The notes: a model not told the origin generated them from the letters alone. A stretch of 64,000 nt of DNA from Halarcobacter sp. (GCA_963676565.1 OY781089.1:2624001-2688000); one strand, 5' to 3'. Shown: positions 1 through 9,452, counted from the stretch's first letter. Translations and numbers: made by a program.

Positions 1-1173
1 GCAGAGCAGTTTGAGAAATCTTATGAACTTTTTAATAAACTTTTTTTAGAGAATAACTACAATCTAAATGTAAACTATTTTTTAGCAAAAAGTGCTTTTA
101 AAATAAAAAAGTATGATGAAGCTATGGCTGCATACGAAAGGGTTTTAATAATAAAACCTGATTTCAACCAAGCAAGATATGATTATGCTAGAATATTATA
201 TAAATTAAAACAAAAAAAAGAAGCCAAAATTGAATTTAATAAACTTCTTTCTTCTAATATAAATCCAGAAATTAAAACTGAAATATCAAAATACTTAGAA
301 GTTTTAAATAAAAAGATGAAAGGTAGTGCAAATATTATTGTAGGCTTTAGTAGAAGTACAAATATAAATAATGGCCTAGTATCTCCTGAATATAGACTTC
401 CTGGACTAAATGATATATTAGTTAAAGGGGAGGATCCAATTTCAGATACTGCACATAATGAAATATTAGATTTAAACTTCTATAATTATTTTAAAGATGA
501 TGAAATGAGATTAAAAAACTCATTTTTAGTTTACAATAAAAGCTATTTTAATGAAAAAGATGAAAACATAACTTTACTATCATATAAACCTTCTTTATCT
601 TATTTAGACAAAAACTACCTATATGCATTAGGTTTTGGTGTTGAAAGGATAATAAAATCAAACGAAGATTTTAATTCTTTTTTTATTAGCCCTCAAATTA
701 CAAATAAAGACTTCTTAATATATTTAAAATACCAAAAAGTACAATATATAAGTGAAGAAAACAAAGAAAAAGACTTTAATAAAATTCAATTATTTGGAAA
801 AATAAATTTGTTTAAATATATGAACTATTATACAAATCTATATAAAAATATGCGAGATAAAAATATACGAACAGATATAGATAAATATACAATAGGAAAT
901 GGATTAAATCTTTTTTATATGATTGACAAAGATAATAAAATTAATTTAAAATATCAATTTAACTATAGTAAATATAAATACGAAAATGATTTCTTTGGAA
1001 CAAAAAGAGAAGACAAACAACATTTAGTTGAATTATCTTTAAACCATGCACTAAATAAGAGTAGTTTTATAAATATAAATACTTCATATATGAAAAATAA
1101 TTCAAATCAAGATGCATATGTCTATGATGAAACAGCGATTAACTTAAATTACCTTAAAGCTTTCAGGTGGTAA
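1..1173 (+). CDS. TPR + DUF560 (Slam/type 11 secretion-like) outer-membrane protein, 5' truncated by window edge
   Basis: Frame is open from base 1. TPR helices (AYERVLIIKPDFNQARYDYARILY) are followed by an STNINNG motif and an aromatic-rich beta-strand region ending ...LNYLKAFRW. Confidence 0.7.
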   Translation, partial: AEQFEKSYELFNKLFLENNYNLNVNYFLAKSAFKIKKYDEAMAAYERVLIIKPDFNQARYDYARILYKLKQKKEAKIEFNKLLSSNINPEIKTEISKYLEVLNKKMKGSANIIVGFSRSTNINNGLVSPEYRLPGLNDILVKGEDPISDTAHNEILDLNFYNYFKDDEMRLKNSFLVYNKSYFNEKDENITLLSYKPSLSYLDKNYLYALGFGVERIIKSNEDFNSFFISPQITNKDFLIYLKYQKVQYISEENKEKDFNKIQLFGKINLFKYMNYYTNLYKNMRDKNIRTDIDKYTIGNGLNLFYMIDKDNKINLKYQFNYSKYKYENDFFGTKREDKQHLVELSLNHALNKSSFININTSYMKNNSNQDAYVYDETAINLNYLKAFRW

Positions 1174-1197
1174 AATAATTTCTATAAGGACATTAAT

Positions 1198-2556
1198 ATG
1201 AGTACTTTACCTATTAAAATAATTTTTTTAACCCTGTTGTTCTTTTCAACATCTGTTTTTGCAAATGTTGCAAAAGTTGTAGCTCTTGTAGGTAATGCCA
1301 CAATTGAGCGTGAAGGGAAAACAATTGATCTTACAAAAAAATCTATACTTTTAAAACATGATGAGATAAAAACATCAGATAACACAAAGGTACAATTATT
1401 ATTTAAAGACAATACCATTATTTCTATAGGAAACAACTCTACATTTCAAATATATAACTATCTTTTTGATGAAAAGAATAATAAATTTGAAGCAAAATTT
1501 AATATGTTAAAAGGAACATTTAAAACAATCACAGGAAAAATCGGGAAAAAAGCTCCTGAAAATTTTCTACTTAAAACAAAAACTGCATCTATTGGAATTA
1601 GAGGTACACAAATTGTATTAAGTATTAAAGATGGTCAAGAAAAGATTTTTTGTACAGAAGGTAGAATTTTTGTTCAAAAAAATAATTCAAATTTAAGTAC
1701 ATCTGTAAATGCTGGTCAATTTATATCAGTTAGTGAAAATACAAATAAACTTGAAGTAAAAACTATAAAACCAAGTGATATTAAAAATATAAATAAAAGT
1801 ATTACAATTAAAAGTAATCTAGCTGTAGATAATATCACTGTAAAAGATGAGACGCCTGAAAAAGCAGAAAAAGCAGAAAAAGCAGAAAAAGCAGAAAAAG
1901 CAGAAAAAGCAGAAAAAGCAGAAAAAGCAGAAAAAGCAGAAAAAGCAGAAAAAGCAGAAAAAGCAGAAAAAGCAGAAAAAGCAGAAAAGCCTGAGAAAAT
2001 TGAATCAACTGAATCAACTGAATCAACTGAATCAACTGAATCAACTGAATCAACTGAATCAACTGAATCAACTGAATCAGCGGAATCAGCAGAGTCTACC
2101 ATAGAAAATAGTATAGATGATGATTTATCTGAACTTACTCCAAAATCATATTTTGAAAACAATAACTCAACGGCAACATATAAAGGGGATTTTAATAGTT
2201 ATGGTTTTAATAATGGACAACAATATCTAAAAAATGTTAATAATAGAAAAGTTGAAATTCCAACTGATACCACTATTAACATGGATATAGATTTTGGGAA
2301 AACAAGTGATCAAATATCAAATGGTGAAATTAAAATAAATGATGTTGGAGATAGTACCTCTAGGACATTAACATTTGATGGAAGTATTGATACTTCAAAA
2401 TCAACTTTTGATTTATCACCAACTGGAACTACAGAAGGAAGTGGTGGCTCTGGTAAAATTTATGGAAATGAAGCAGACTTAATCAAAGGTGAAGTAAATA
2501 TGAGTTCATCTGATAATATTCAAATCAAAGGTAACTTCGACGCAGAAAAACAGTAA
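1198..2556 (+). CDS. Secreted FecR-domain protein with low-complexity linker and TbpB-like C-terminal beta-barrel
   Basis: Signal peptide ending SVFA; FecR-like FKDNTIISIG...KTKTASIGIRGT; (KAE)14/(EST)8 linker; C-terminus GKIYGNEADLIKG...IKGNFDAEKQ. Confidence 0.7.
   Translation: MSTLPIKIIFLTLLFFSTSVFANVAKVVALVGNATIEREGKTIDLTKKSILLKHDEIKTSDNTKVQLLFKDNTIISIGNNSTFQIYNYLFDEKNNKFEAKFNMLKGTFKTITGKIGKKAPENFLLKTKTASIGIRGTQIVLSIKDGQEKIFCTEGRIFVQKNNSNLSTSVNAGQFISVSENTNKLEVKTIKPSDIKNINKSITIKSNLAVDNITVKDETPEKAEKAEKAEKAEKAEKAEKAEKAEKAEKAEKAEKAEKAEKAEKPEKIESTESTESTESTESTESTESTESTESAESAESTIENSIDDDLSELTPKSYFENNNSTATYKGDFNSYGFNNGQQYLKNVNNRKVEIPTDTTINMDIDFGKTSDQISNGEIKINDVGDSTSRTLTFDGSIDTSKSTFDLSPTGTTEGSGGSGKIYGNEADLIKGEVNMSSSDNIQIKGNFDAEKQ
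1861..1986 (+). repeat. Perfect 9-bp tandem repeat (aaagcagaa)x14 encoding (KAE)14
   Basis: Read directly from sequence. Confidence 0.97.
2002..2073 (+). repeat. Perfect 9-bp tandem repeat (gaatcaact)x8 encoding (EST)8, followed by degenerate copies
   Basis: Read directly from sequence; followed by gaatcagcg, gaatcagca, gagtctacc. Confidence 0.97.
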
Positions 2557-2720
2557 ATAAGATTTATTATATTATTCAATTAATTTACAACATAAATTAG
2601 ATACAATTTATACTTAACTGAATGTACTTTATTATTGTATAGACAAAATTATCTTATACTTATTTAATAGTCTAATACAAACTACTCAAGAAACATTATC
2701 TAAGGAATTAATTAAATAAA

Positions 2721-4673
2721 ATGGCACTAATAGACTTACAAAACATTACAAAACAATATGATATAAAAGTTATTTTAAAAGATGCAAACTTCACTCTAAC
2801 TCAAGGTCAAAGAATTGCAGTTATTGGGCAAAATGGACAAGGAAAATCTACACTTTTTAAGATAATTATGGGACAAACTGAACCAGATTATGGTGAGATT
2901 TCAATTGATAAATCTTTAAAAATTGAGATGCTTGACCAACAACCAAAATTTGAAGCAAACCTAAAAGTTAGAGATGCAATTGAAGCACAACTTACTGAAT
3001 TAAAAGCTGCAAAAAAAGAGTATGAAGATATAACAGCTCAAGTTGCCTCAGATTATGAAAATCAAGATTTATTAAAAAGACAAAGTGAACTTGCAACCTT
3101 TATTGATTTTCACAATGCTTGGGATTTAGATAATACTATTGAAAGAGTTTTAAAAGAGTTCAAACTAAAAGAGTATGAAAATAAAGATGTAAATCTTTTA
3201 AGTGGAGGGGAACAACGAAGAGTTAGTCTTGCTGGCTTACTTTTAAAAAAACCAGATGTTTTATTATTAGATGAACCTACAAACCACCTTGATGTTTATA
3301 TGGTTGAGTTTTTAGAAAGTTTACTTTTAAAAAACAACTTTACCCTACTTTTCATCTCTCACGATAGATACTTTATTGATAATATCGCAACTTCAATCGT
3401 AGAAGTTGAAGGGGGAAATCTTAAAAAATTTAATGGTGGATATTCTTCATATTTAGAACAAAAGCAACAACTTCTCGAAAATATGCAAAAAGACCATGAA
3501 AACTTACTAAGACTTGTAAAAAGAGAAGCCCACTGGATGCAACGTGGTGTTACAGCTAGAAGAAAAAGAAATGAAAGAAGAAAATCTGAATACTTTGATT
3601 TAAAGAAAAAAGCTAAATCTAATCCTGCAGCTATTAAAAAGATGTCGCTAGAACTTCAAAGGGAACAAAAAGCATTTAATAGTGAAGAGAAACAACAAAA
3701 CAAAAGAAAAATGCTTTATGAACTAGACAATATCAAAAAATCTTTAGGTGACAAAGAACTAATAAACGACTTTACAACAAGAATTTTACAAAAAGATACA
3801 ATAGCAATTGTTGGTCCAAATGGAAGTGGAAAATCAACTCTTCTTAAAATCTTTATGGAAAAACTAAAAGTTGATGCTGGAAGATTTAAAAAAGGTGATT
3901 TTAACATTGGATACTTTGACCAACAAAGAGAGATGTTAAATGATGACAAAAACCTAATGGAAACTTTTTGCCCAAATGGTGGAGATAGAGTTGTCTTAGA
4001 TGATGGGCGAAACATGCATGTTTATGGCTACTTGAAGAACTTCTTATTTCCAAGAGAATACCTTGATAAAAAAATTGGCGTATTAAGTGGTGGAGAAAAA
4101 AACAGAGTTGCCCTTGCCCTACTTTTTACAAAAAAAGTTGATTGTTTAATTCTTGATGAGCCTACAAATGACTTAGATATCCCAACAATCAATATTTTGG
4201 AAGAGTACTTACAAAACTTTCAAGGTGCCTTAATTTTTGTATCTCACGATAGGTATTTTGTAGATAAAATAGCAAAAAAACTTTTTGTTTTTAAAGGTTA
4301 CGGAGTTGTTGAAGAGAGTTTCCAAGCATATACTGAATATTTAGAAATTGAAAAAGAATTAAAAGATTTAGAAGATTTAGAAAAAGAATCATTAAAAAGT
4401 GAAAATAATACTAAGCAAATAAATACTCCTAAAAAACAAAATAAACTTTCTTATAAAGACCAAAGAGAATATGATAGTTTACCAAAAGAGATTGAAGAAC
4501 TTGAAGAAAAAATTGAAGAGATTAATCAATGTCTTTCTAATCCTGAATGTTACGAACAAAGAGGTATCGTAGCAGTCTCTAAAGAGTTAGAAGAGACAGA
4601 AGCTATTTATGAAGTAAAAGTTGAAAGGTTTTTGGAATTGGAAGAACTAGTTGAAAGCTTTAATTCCAAATAA
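2721..4673 (+). CDS. uup: ABC-F family ATPase (Uup-like)
   Basis: Two ABC domains (GQNGQGKS, LSGGE, DEPTNHLD; GPNGSGKS), no TM segments, C-terminal KLSYKDQRE coiled coil. Confidence 0.85.
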   Translation: MALIDLQNITKQYDIKVILKDANFTLTQGQRIAVIGQNGQGKSTLFKIIMGQTEPDYGEISIDKSLKIEMLDQQPKFEANLKVRDAIEAQLTELKAAKKEYEDITAQVASDYENQDLLKRQSELATFIDFHNAWDLDNTIERVLKEFKLKEYENKDVNLLSGGEQRRVSLAGLLLKKPDVLLLDEPTNHLDVYMVEFLESLLLKNNFTLLFISHDRYFIDNIATSIVEVEGGNLKKFNGGYSSYLEQKQQLLENMQKDHENLLRLVKREAHWMQRGVTARRKRNERRKSEYFDLKKKAKSNPAAIKKMSLELQREQKAFNSEEKQQNKRKMLYELDNIKKSLGDKELINDFTTRILQKDTIAIVGPNGSGKSTLLKIFMEKLKVDAGRFKKGDFNIGYFDQQREMLNDDKNLMETFCPNGGDRVVLDDGRNMHVYGYLKNFLFPREYLDKKIGVLSGGEKNRVALALLFTKKVDCLILDEPTNDLDIPTINILEEYLQNFQGALIFVSHDRYFVDKIAKKLFVFKGYGVVEESFQAYTEYLEIEKELKDLEDLEKESLKSENNTKQINTPKKQNKLSYKDQREYDSLPKEIEELEEKIEEINQCLSNPECYEQRGIVAVSKELEETEAIYEVKVERFLELEELVESFNSK

Positions 4674-4706
4674 GCTATAATTTAAAATAATTTAAAAAGG
4701 TTATAA

Positions 4707-5150
4707 ATGAGTTTAAAACAAACATTAAAAGATGATTTAAAAACAGCAATGAGAGAAAAAAACATTGTAAAAAGAGATTCTATTAGAGCGATTAATACAA
4801 TGATAAAACAAATTGAAGTTGATGAAAGAAAAGAATTAGATGATTCAGAGGTTTTAAAACTTATTCAAAAGGGAATAAAACAAAGAGAAGAAGCAGTAGT
4901 TCAATATAAAGAGGCTTCAAGAGATGACTTAGTTCAAAAAGAACAAGAGCAAATTGATGTTTTCAAAGAATATATGCCAAAACAATTATCTGATGAGGAA
5001 CTTGAAGCAGGTATGAAAGAGCTTATTGCAGAACTTGGTGCAACATCAATGAAAGAGATGGGTAAAATCATGGGGCAAGCAAGTAAAAAGTTTGCAGGTA
5101 TTGCCGATGGTAAAAGAATAAATGAAATGACTAAAAAACTTTTAGGTTAA
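4707..5150 (+). CDS. GatB/YqeY domain protein
   Basis: MSLKQTLKDDLKTAMR...YMPKQLS...MKEMGKIMG...ADGK. Confidence 0.92.
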   Translation: MSLKQTLKDDLKTAMREKNIVKRDSIRAINTMIKQIEVDERKELDDSEVLKLIQKGIKQREEAVVQYKEASRDDLVQKEQEQIDVFKEYMPKQLSDEELEAGMKELIAELGATSMKEMGKIMGQASKKFAGIADGKRINEMTKKLLG

Positions 5151-5159
5151 AAATTTAAA

Positions 5160-6419
5160 ATGGATACTAATAAAGTAAATGAGATTGTAAAAGAGACTTT
5201 AATAAGTCTTCATAAAAAGAATATTCTAGCAACACCAAATGAATACCATAAAGAGTTTTGCAAAATTTCTAATGTGTATGATTTTACTGTTGAAGAGTGT
5301 GAACAATTCAAAAAACTTGTTAAAAAATTAAGTAGAAATGAACAACTGGAAATAAAATCAAAAAATATTACAACTATTGAAGATATGATTCCAATATTAC
5401 TTAATAGAATTTCTAAAGAAAATATTAACAACCTTGCACTTCTTTTTAATAACTCTTTAAAACCCTCAATTAGTATTGATATAGACAAAGACTTAGAAAA
5501 ATTTACTATAAAAATTGGTGATTCACCAGCATTGTTATTTGAAGATGATATTCAAAAAGAGATGCAAGACTTTATCACAAAAAGATTTGAAGCTGATAAA
5601 AATGTTGTAAAACAAAAAACATCAGAGATTGCAAAACTATTAACCTTGATGGGACAATATTTTAGTGATGCTATTCATAGTAGTGATAAAGGCTCAAATG
5701 AAGTTTCAAATATCAAATCTAAAATTCAATCTATAGATATGAAAGATGGTATGCAAAGCCTTAGTGACTTGCAAAGTCAATTAATTGATGCCGCTAAATC
5801 TATTGAAAATGAGATGTCAAATGTAGGAGAAAAGTTAAATTCTGGTAAATCAAAAGTTGAAACTTTAGAACAAAAAGTGAAAAAATTAGAAGTAGAATTA
5901 GAAAAAACAAGAAAACAAAGTTTGATAGACCACTTAACAGGTGTTTTAAGTAGAGGAGCATACGAAAACGCCGTAAAAAAAATAGAAAATACTTTTATGA
6001 GAAATAATACTCAATATGCAATTGTTTTCTTTGATCTAGACCACTTTAAAAAAGTTAATGACACATACGGTCATGATGCTGGAGATATTATTTTATCTAC
6101 CTTTGCAAAAGTTTTGAGTAAAAACACTAGAGAACTTGATATTGTTGGAAGATATGGTGGGGAAGAGTTTGTTGCAATTATCCATTTTAATCTAAAAAGA
6201 GAACTTTTAAAATATCTAAAAAGAATCAAAGCAATTATAAAAGATAATGACTTTATATATAAGAATCAAAAGATACATTTAACTTTTTCTGCTGGTGTTT
6301 CAATTAGAAATAATCATAATAGCTATGATAGCACTATTCAAAAAGCAGATATGCTTTTATATGAAGCAAAAGAAACAGGTAGAGATAAGATTATACTGGA
6401 GGATGGTACTATAATTTAA
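5160..6419 (+). CDS. Diguanylate cyclase (GGDEF)
   Basis: DHLTG, DLDHFKKVNDTYGH, RELD I-site, RYGGEEF; helical/coiled-coil N-terminus. Confidence 0.92.
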   Translation: MDTNKVNEIVKETLISLHKKNILATPNEYHKEFCKISNVYDFTVEECEQFKKLVKKLSRNEQLEIKSKNITTIEDMIPILLNRISKENINNLALLFNNSLKPSISIDIDKDLEKFTIKIGDSPALLFEDDIQKEMQDFITKRFEADKNVVKQKTSEIAKLLTLMGQYFSDAIHSSDKGSNEVSNIKSKIQSIDMKDGMQSLSDLQSQLIDAAKSIENEMSNVGEKLNSGKSKVETLEQKVKKLEVELEKTRKQSLIDHLTGVLSRGAYENAVKKIENTFMRNNTQYAIVFFDLDHFKKVNDTYGHDAGDIILSTFAKVLSKNTRELDIVGRYGGEEFVAIIHFNLKRELLKYLKRIKAIIKDNDFIYKNQKIHLTFSAGVSIRNNHNSYDSTIQKADMLLYEAKETGRDKIILEDGTII

Positions 6420-6428
6420 GGAGTCCCT

Positions 6429-6857
6429 ATGAAAGCCTTATTAATGTTTTTGGTTGTTGGTTTTTTTTCTAACTTATTGGCTATTGAAAGTTCAGGTTTT
6501 ATAAAAAAACTGACAGGTGAGGCGATTATAAAAAGAGATAACAAAACTATTATAGTAAAAACTGGAGTTAAAATATACCCAAAAGATATAATCATTACAA
6601 AAAACAACAGCTCTGTTGGGATTATATTTAAAGATAATACTCTAATCTCCCTTGGAAAAAATACTGAATTTATTATTGAAGAATATAAATTTAATCCAGA
6701 AGAAAAACACGAAGCTTTTATATCAAGAATTACAAAAGGAACACTATCCTGTTTAACAGGATTAATGCCAAAATTAAATCCTGATGCTATGAAAATAAAA
6801 GCAAAAACAGCTTCTATAGGTATAAGAGGTACACATTTTTTAATTAGCGTAGACTAA
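6429..6857 (+). CDS. Small secreted FecR-like domain protein
   Basis: Signal peptide; FKDNTLISLG and KTASIGIRGT motifs. Confidence 0.8.
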   Translation: MKALLMFLVVGFFSNLLAIESSGFIKKLTGEAIIKRDNKTIIVKTGVKIYPKDIIITKNNSSVGIIFKDNTLISLGKNTEFIIEEYKFNPEEKHEAFISRITKGTLSCLTGLMPKLNPDAMKIKAKTASIGIRGTHFLISVD

Positions 6858-6867
6858 AAGGGTATTT

Positions 6868-7443
6868 ATGAAAATTTTTATTACTATTATTTTACCATTA
6901 TTCTTTTTTACAGCCTGTTCAAAAGTAAACGTTGTCCTACTTCCAGAAGATGGAGATAAAATTGGGAAAATAGAGATCCAAAATGAAGACAAAAAATTTG
7001 TTATAGATAAACCATTTGAGCAAGTAAATGCTATTGATGGAGACTCATCAATTCTAACCAAAGAAGAGGTTCAAGAAAAGTTTAAAGACTCAATTGCAGC
7101 ACTACCTAAAAAACCAAAAAGTTATCTAATCTATTTTGAATGGGATTCAACAAAAGTTGTTCCAAAATCAAAAAAAGAAATTAAGAAAATCATCGAAAAT
7201 ATAAAAAAAGAAAACACAAACTATATACATATTATTGGTCATACTGATAGAGCAGGAGATAACCAATACAATAAAAAATTATCACTAAAAAGAGCAAACT
7301 ATATTAAAAAAATACTTATTAAAAACAAAATACCAAAAGAGATAATTGAAATAGACTATTATGGAGAATCTGCACCTTTAGTCAAAACACGAGATGACGT
7401 GCCAAGAAAAATAAATAGAAGAGTAGAAGTAACTGTAAAATAA
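6868..7443 (+). CDS. OmpA-family (peptidoglycan-binding) lipoprotein
   Basis: Lipobox FTAC; GHTD...YNKKLSLKRA...YGE...NRRVEV. Confidence 0.88.
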   Translation: MKIFITIILPLFFFTACSKVNVVLLPEDGDKIGKIEIQNEDKKFVIDKPFEQVNAIDGDSSILTKEEVQEKFKDSIAALPKKPKSYLIYFEWDSTKVVPKSKKEIKKIIENIKKENTNYIHIIGHTDRAGDNQYNKKLSLKRANYIKKILIKNKIPKEIIEIDYYGESAPLVKTRDDVPRKINRRVEVTVK

Positions 7444-7452
7444 TATTAAAGA

Positions 7453-7484
7453 CTAAATAAGTTTCTCTTGTCCAATTCTATATA
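7453..7484 (-). other. Displaced original 3' end of the TIGR02757 gene (YRIGQEKLI*), element junction
   Basis: Minus strand reads ta tat aga att gga caa gag aaa ctt att tag, matching the C-terminus of the 13628-14410 protein. Confidence 0.88.
7472..7484. repeat. att core copy (left)
   Basis: ccaattctatata, identical to 13647-13659. Confidence 0.85.
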
Positions 7485-7555
7485 GGGGAAGAAACACTTT
7501 AAATAAGTACTTGTAGAAGTTATATAATTAAAAGTGTCCTATTATGTGTACATAT

Positions 7556-8215
7556 TTACTTAAAGTTCCTAATTACACGATATGTAATACTACTATTATT
7601 TGCATTTATAACTTCAATCAAAGCACCTTTATAACCAATAGTTTTTGACTCTGATAAATCATATTCTACATCATTATTAAAAGCTGGTCTTGCTCTATTA
7701 TTAGAAAACTCTCTATAACTTATATTAATTTTATTACCTACCTTTCCACTATATATTAATGTTTGTTGAAAAGATTTTCCTCTTTCTGAAACTTTTTCTA
7801 CTAATTCCCAATCACCATCATAACAAGCAGTACCACCAAATACTGTTACAACACATAATTGCTTTTTGTCAGTTTTCTGCAAGGCTAAAGATTCAAAAGG
7901 GTCAAATATAGCTCCACGAACAACTCCTGTAGGGTTGAAAAATAAATATTTATCATCATAACCAATTGGTGGATAATATTTAGGTGGAATATCATATGCA
8001 ACTCCATCAATTAATTGGTTTACTCTTAAGCCTTTTTCTTGATAAACAACTCCTTTTTCCAACAAATGGTCACCTATAAATGCAGTAACTTCATTATTAA
8101 GTTTAGGATAGTTTACATTTTTTACAACAGATGCACCTCCATTATACTTTGTACTTGCACAACCACTAAATAAAATAACAAATCCTATTGACATTAATAT
8201 CCATATTCTTTTCAT
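7556..8215 (-). CDS. Hypothetical lipoprotein (element cargo)
   Basis: Lipobox FSGC; conserved-looking C-terminus FQQTLIYSGKVGNKINISYREF...ARPAF..DVEYDL. Confidence 0.8.
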   Translation of the reverse strand: MKRIWILMSIGFVILFSGCASTKYNGGASVVKNVNYPKLNNEVTAFIGDHLLEKGVVYQEKGLRVNQLIDGVAYDIPPKYYPPIGYDDKYLFFNPTGVVRGAIFDPFESLALQKTDKKQLCVVTVFGGTACYDGDWELVEKVSERGKSFQQTLIYSGKVGNKINISYREFSNNRARPAFNNDVEYDLSESKTIGYKGALIEVINANNSSITYRVIRNFK

Positions 8216-8261
8216 AGTAATCCCCTTATAATATAAAAGTTTATCAAAAAAAAATGAAATG

Positions 8262-8516
8262 TTAATTAATATACTTATAAAAGTTATTATTCTTTATTAT
8301 TGAATTTAGCTCTTTTTGTTTTCTCAATAAAATATCTAACTCTTTCATTAAACCATGCAAAACTAAATCATTCTTAAGTGCATTCATTTTTGACTTTTCT
8401 TTACCCTCTTTTGTTTTAGCTCCAGTAGATTTTAACCACGGTTTATGTTTATGTATTTCTTCTCTTGCTTTCTGTTTTGCTTCATCATTCCAAGCTAACT
8501 TATGATATTTACTCAT
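8262..8516 (-). CDS. Small basic protein with KPW-x-x-STG motif (HGGxSTG-related)
   Basis: W...KPWLKSTGAKTKEGKEKSKMNALK; its start overlaps the stop of the upstream 272-aa gene. Confidence 0.65.
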   Translation of the reverse strand: MSKYHKLAWNDEAKQKAREEIHKHKPWLKSTGAKTKEGKEKSKMNALKNDLVLHGLMKELDILLRKQKELNSIIKNNNFYKYIN

Positions 8517-9327
8517 TAAGTGCCTTTTCTTTTAAAGTTGTGACTTCTACCTCATCATTTGTTTTATCCTCTATAAGCTTAGTTTCATTTTGTAGTTCGT
8601 TTTCTTTTTCTATTTTTTTTGGTGAATTTTGATGAAGATGATTATGTTGTGAAGCTTCTTTTATAAATGTTGTTCTTTTAGGATTAACTATCTCATTAAT
8701 TGCCATAATGCTCTTTCTTGTCTCTTGCATAACTTTTATCTGCATATTAGATAACCTTTCAAAATTAACTATTTGTTTTCCTGCTTCACCAGTTATATTA
8801 TTAGTAATGGTGCTATTAAAAACTTGAAGTTGCAACACATTAGTTGTAAGTATAGTAATTAAATGAGAAGTATCACCCTCTTTTACTTTCTTTACCATTT
8901 CCAAAATATCATCACCTAAAATTTGTTGTGAAATTGGTATATCTTTGTTTGGATTTTGATTTAATATATTAATCATTCCACTATATAAAGGATTACTCAT
9001 TTGTTTTGTTGCGTGTTTCTCTGCATCATTCTTTTTTTGTTTAGCTTCTTGAATATCCTCTTTATACTGTTCTTTCCATTGGATACATTGACTTAAACTA
9101 ATTTCATAGCTTTCTATGATTTCCTTATCACTAATACCACTTGAAGATAAATAAATATAGTTTTTTATCAAACCTCTTTCATAAGCTCTTAAAATTTGTT
9201 CATCTTTTTTTAATCTTTTTGAGATACTTAATTCTTCAAATAGTTCATCTAAGCTATACTGGTCTTGTGCATAATCTTCTATATCTTGTAACATTTCATC
9301 TGTGATTTTATATCTTCCCATTATCAT
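8509..9327 (-). CDS. Hypothetical protein with N-terminal HTH-like repeats (possibly terminase-small-subunit-like)
   Basis: GISDKEIIESYEISLSQCIQWKEQY HTH-like segment; C-terminal QETRKSIMAINEIVNPKRTTFIKEA motif. Confidence 0.55.
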   Translation of the reverse strand: MIMGRYKITDEMLQDIEDYAQDQYSLDELFEELSISKRLKKDEQILRAYERGLIKNYIYLSSSGISDKEIIESYEISLSQCIQWKEQYKEDIQEAKQKKNDAEKHATKQMSNPLYSGMINILNQNPNKDIPISQQILGDDILEMVKKVKEGDTSHLITILTTNVLQLQVFNSTITNNITGEAGKQIVNFERLSNMQIKVMQETRKSIMAINEIVNPKRTTFIKEASQHNHLHQNSPKKIEKENELQNETKLIEDKTNDEVEVTTLKEKALNE

Positions 9328-9338
9328 TTCCTTTTTTA

Positions 9339-9452
9339 AAAAGTGTAAAATTAGCTATTGCATATATTAAACCAATACTTTTTATTTTTTTCATACTCTA
9401 TACCCTCCTATATATCGTCGTTCTGTTAAAAGTGTAAAGTTAGCTATTACAT
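9339..9452. repeat. Two 25-bp direct repeats (23/25 identical), candidate replication origin
   Basis: aaaagtgtaaaattagctattgcat (9339-9363) and aaaagtgtaaagttagctattacat (9428-9452), flanking the stop of the Rep-like gene. Confidence 0.65.

Noticed and set aside
1861..2073. Tandem repeats as a possible CRISPR array
   Set aside because: Contiguous 9-bp units without spacers, in frame within a CDS, and no cas genes.
1716..2162. Alternative-frame ORFs with (SAF)n, (IQL)n, (KKQ)n repeats
   Set aside because: Shadows of the stop-free 9-bp tandem repeats inside the real 1198-2556 gene.
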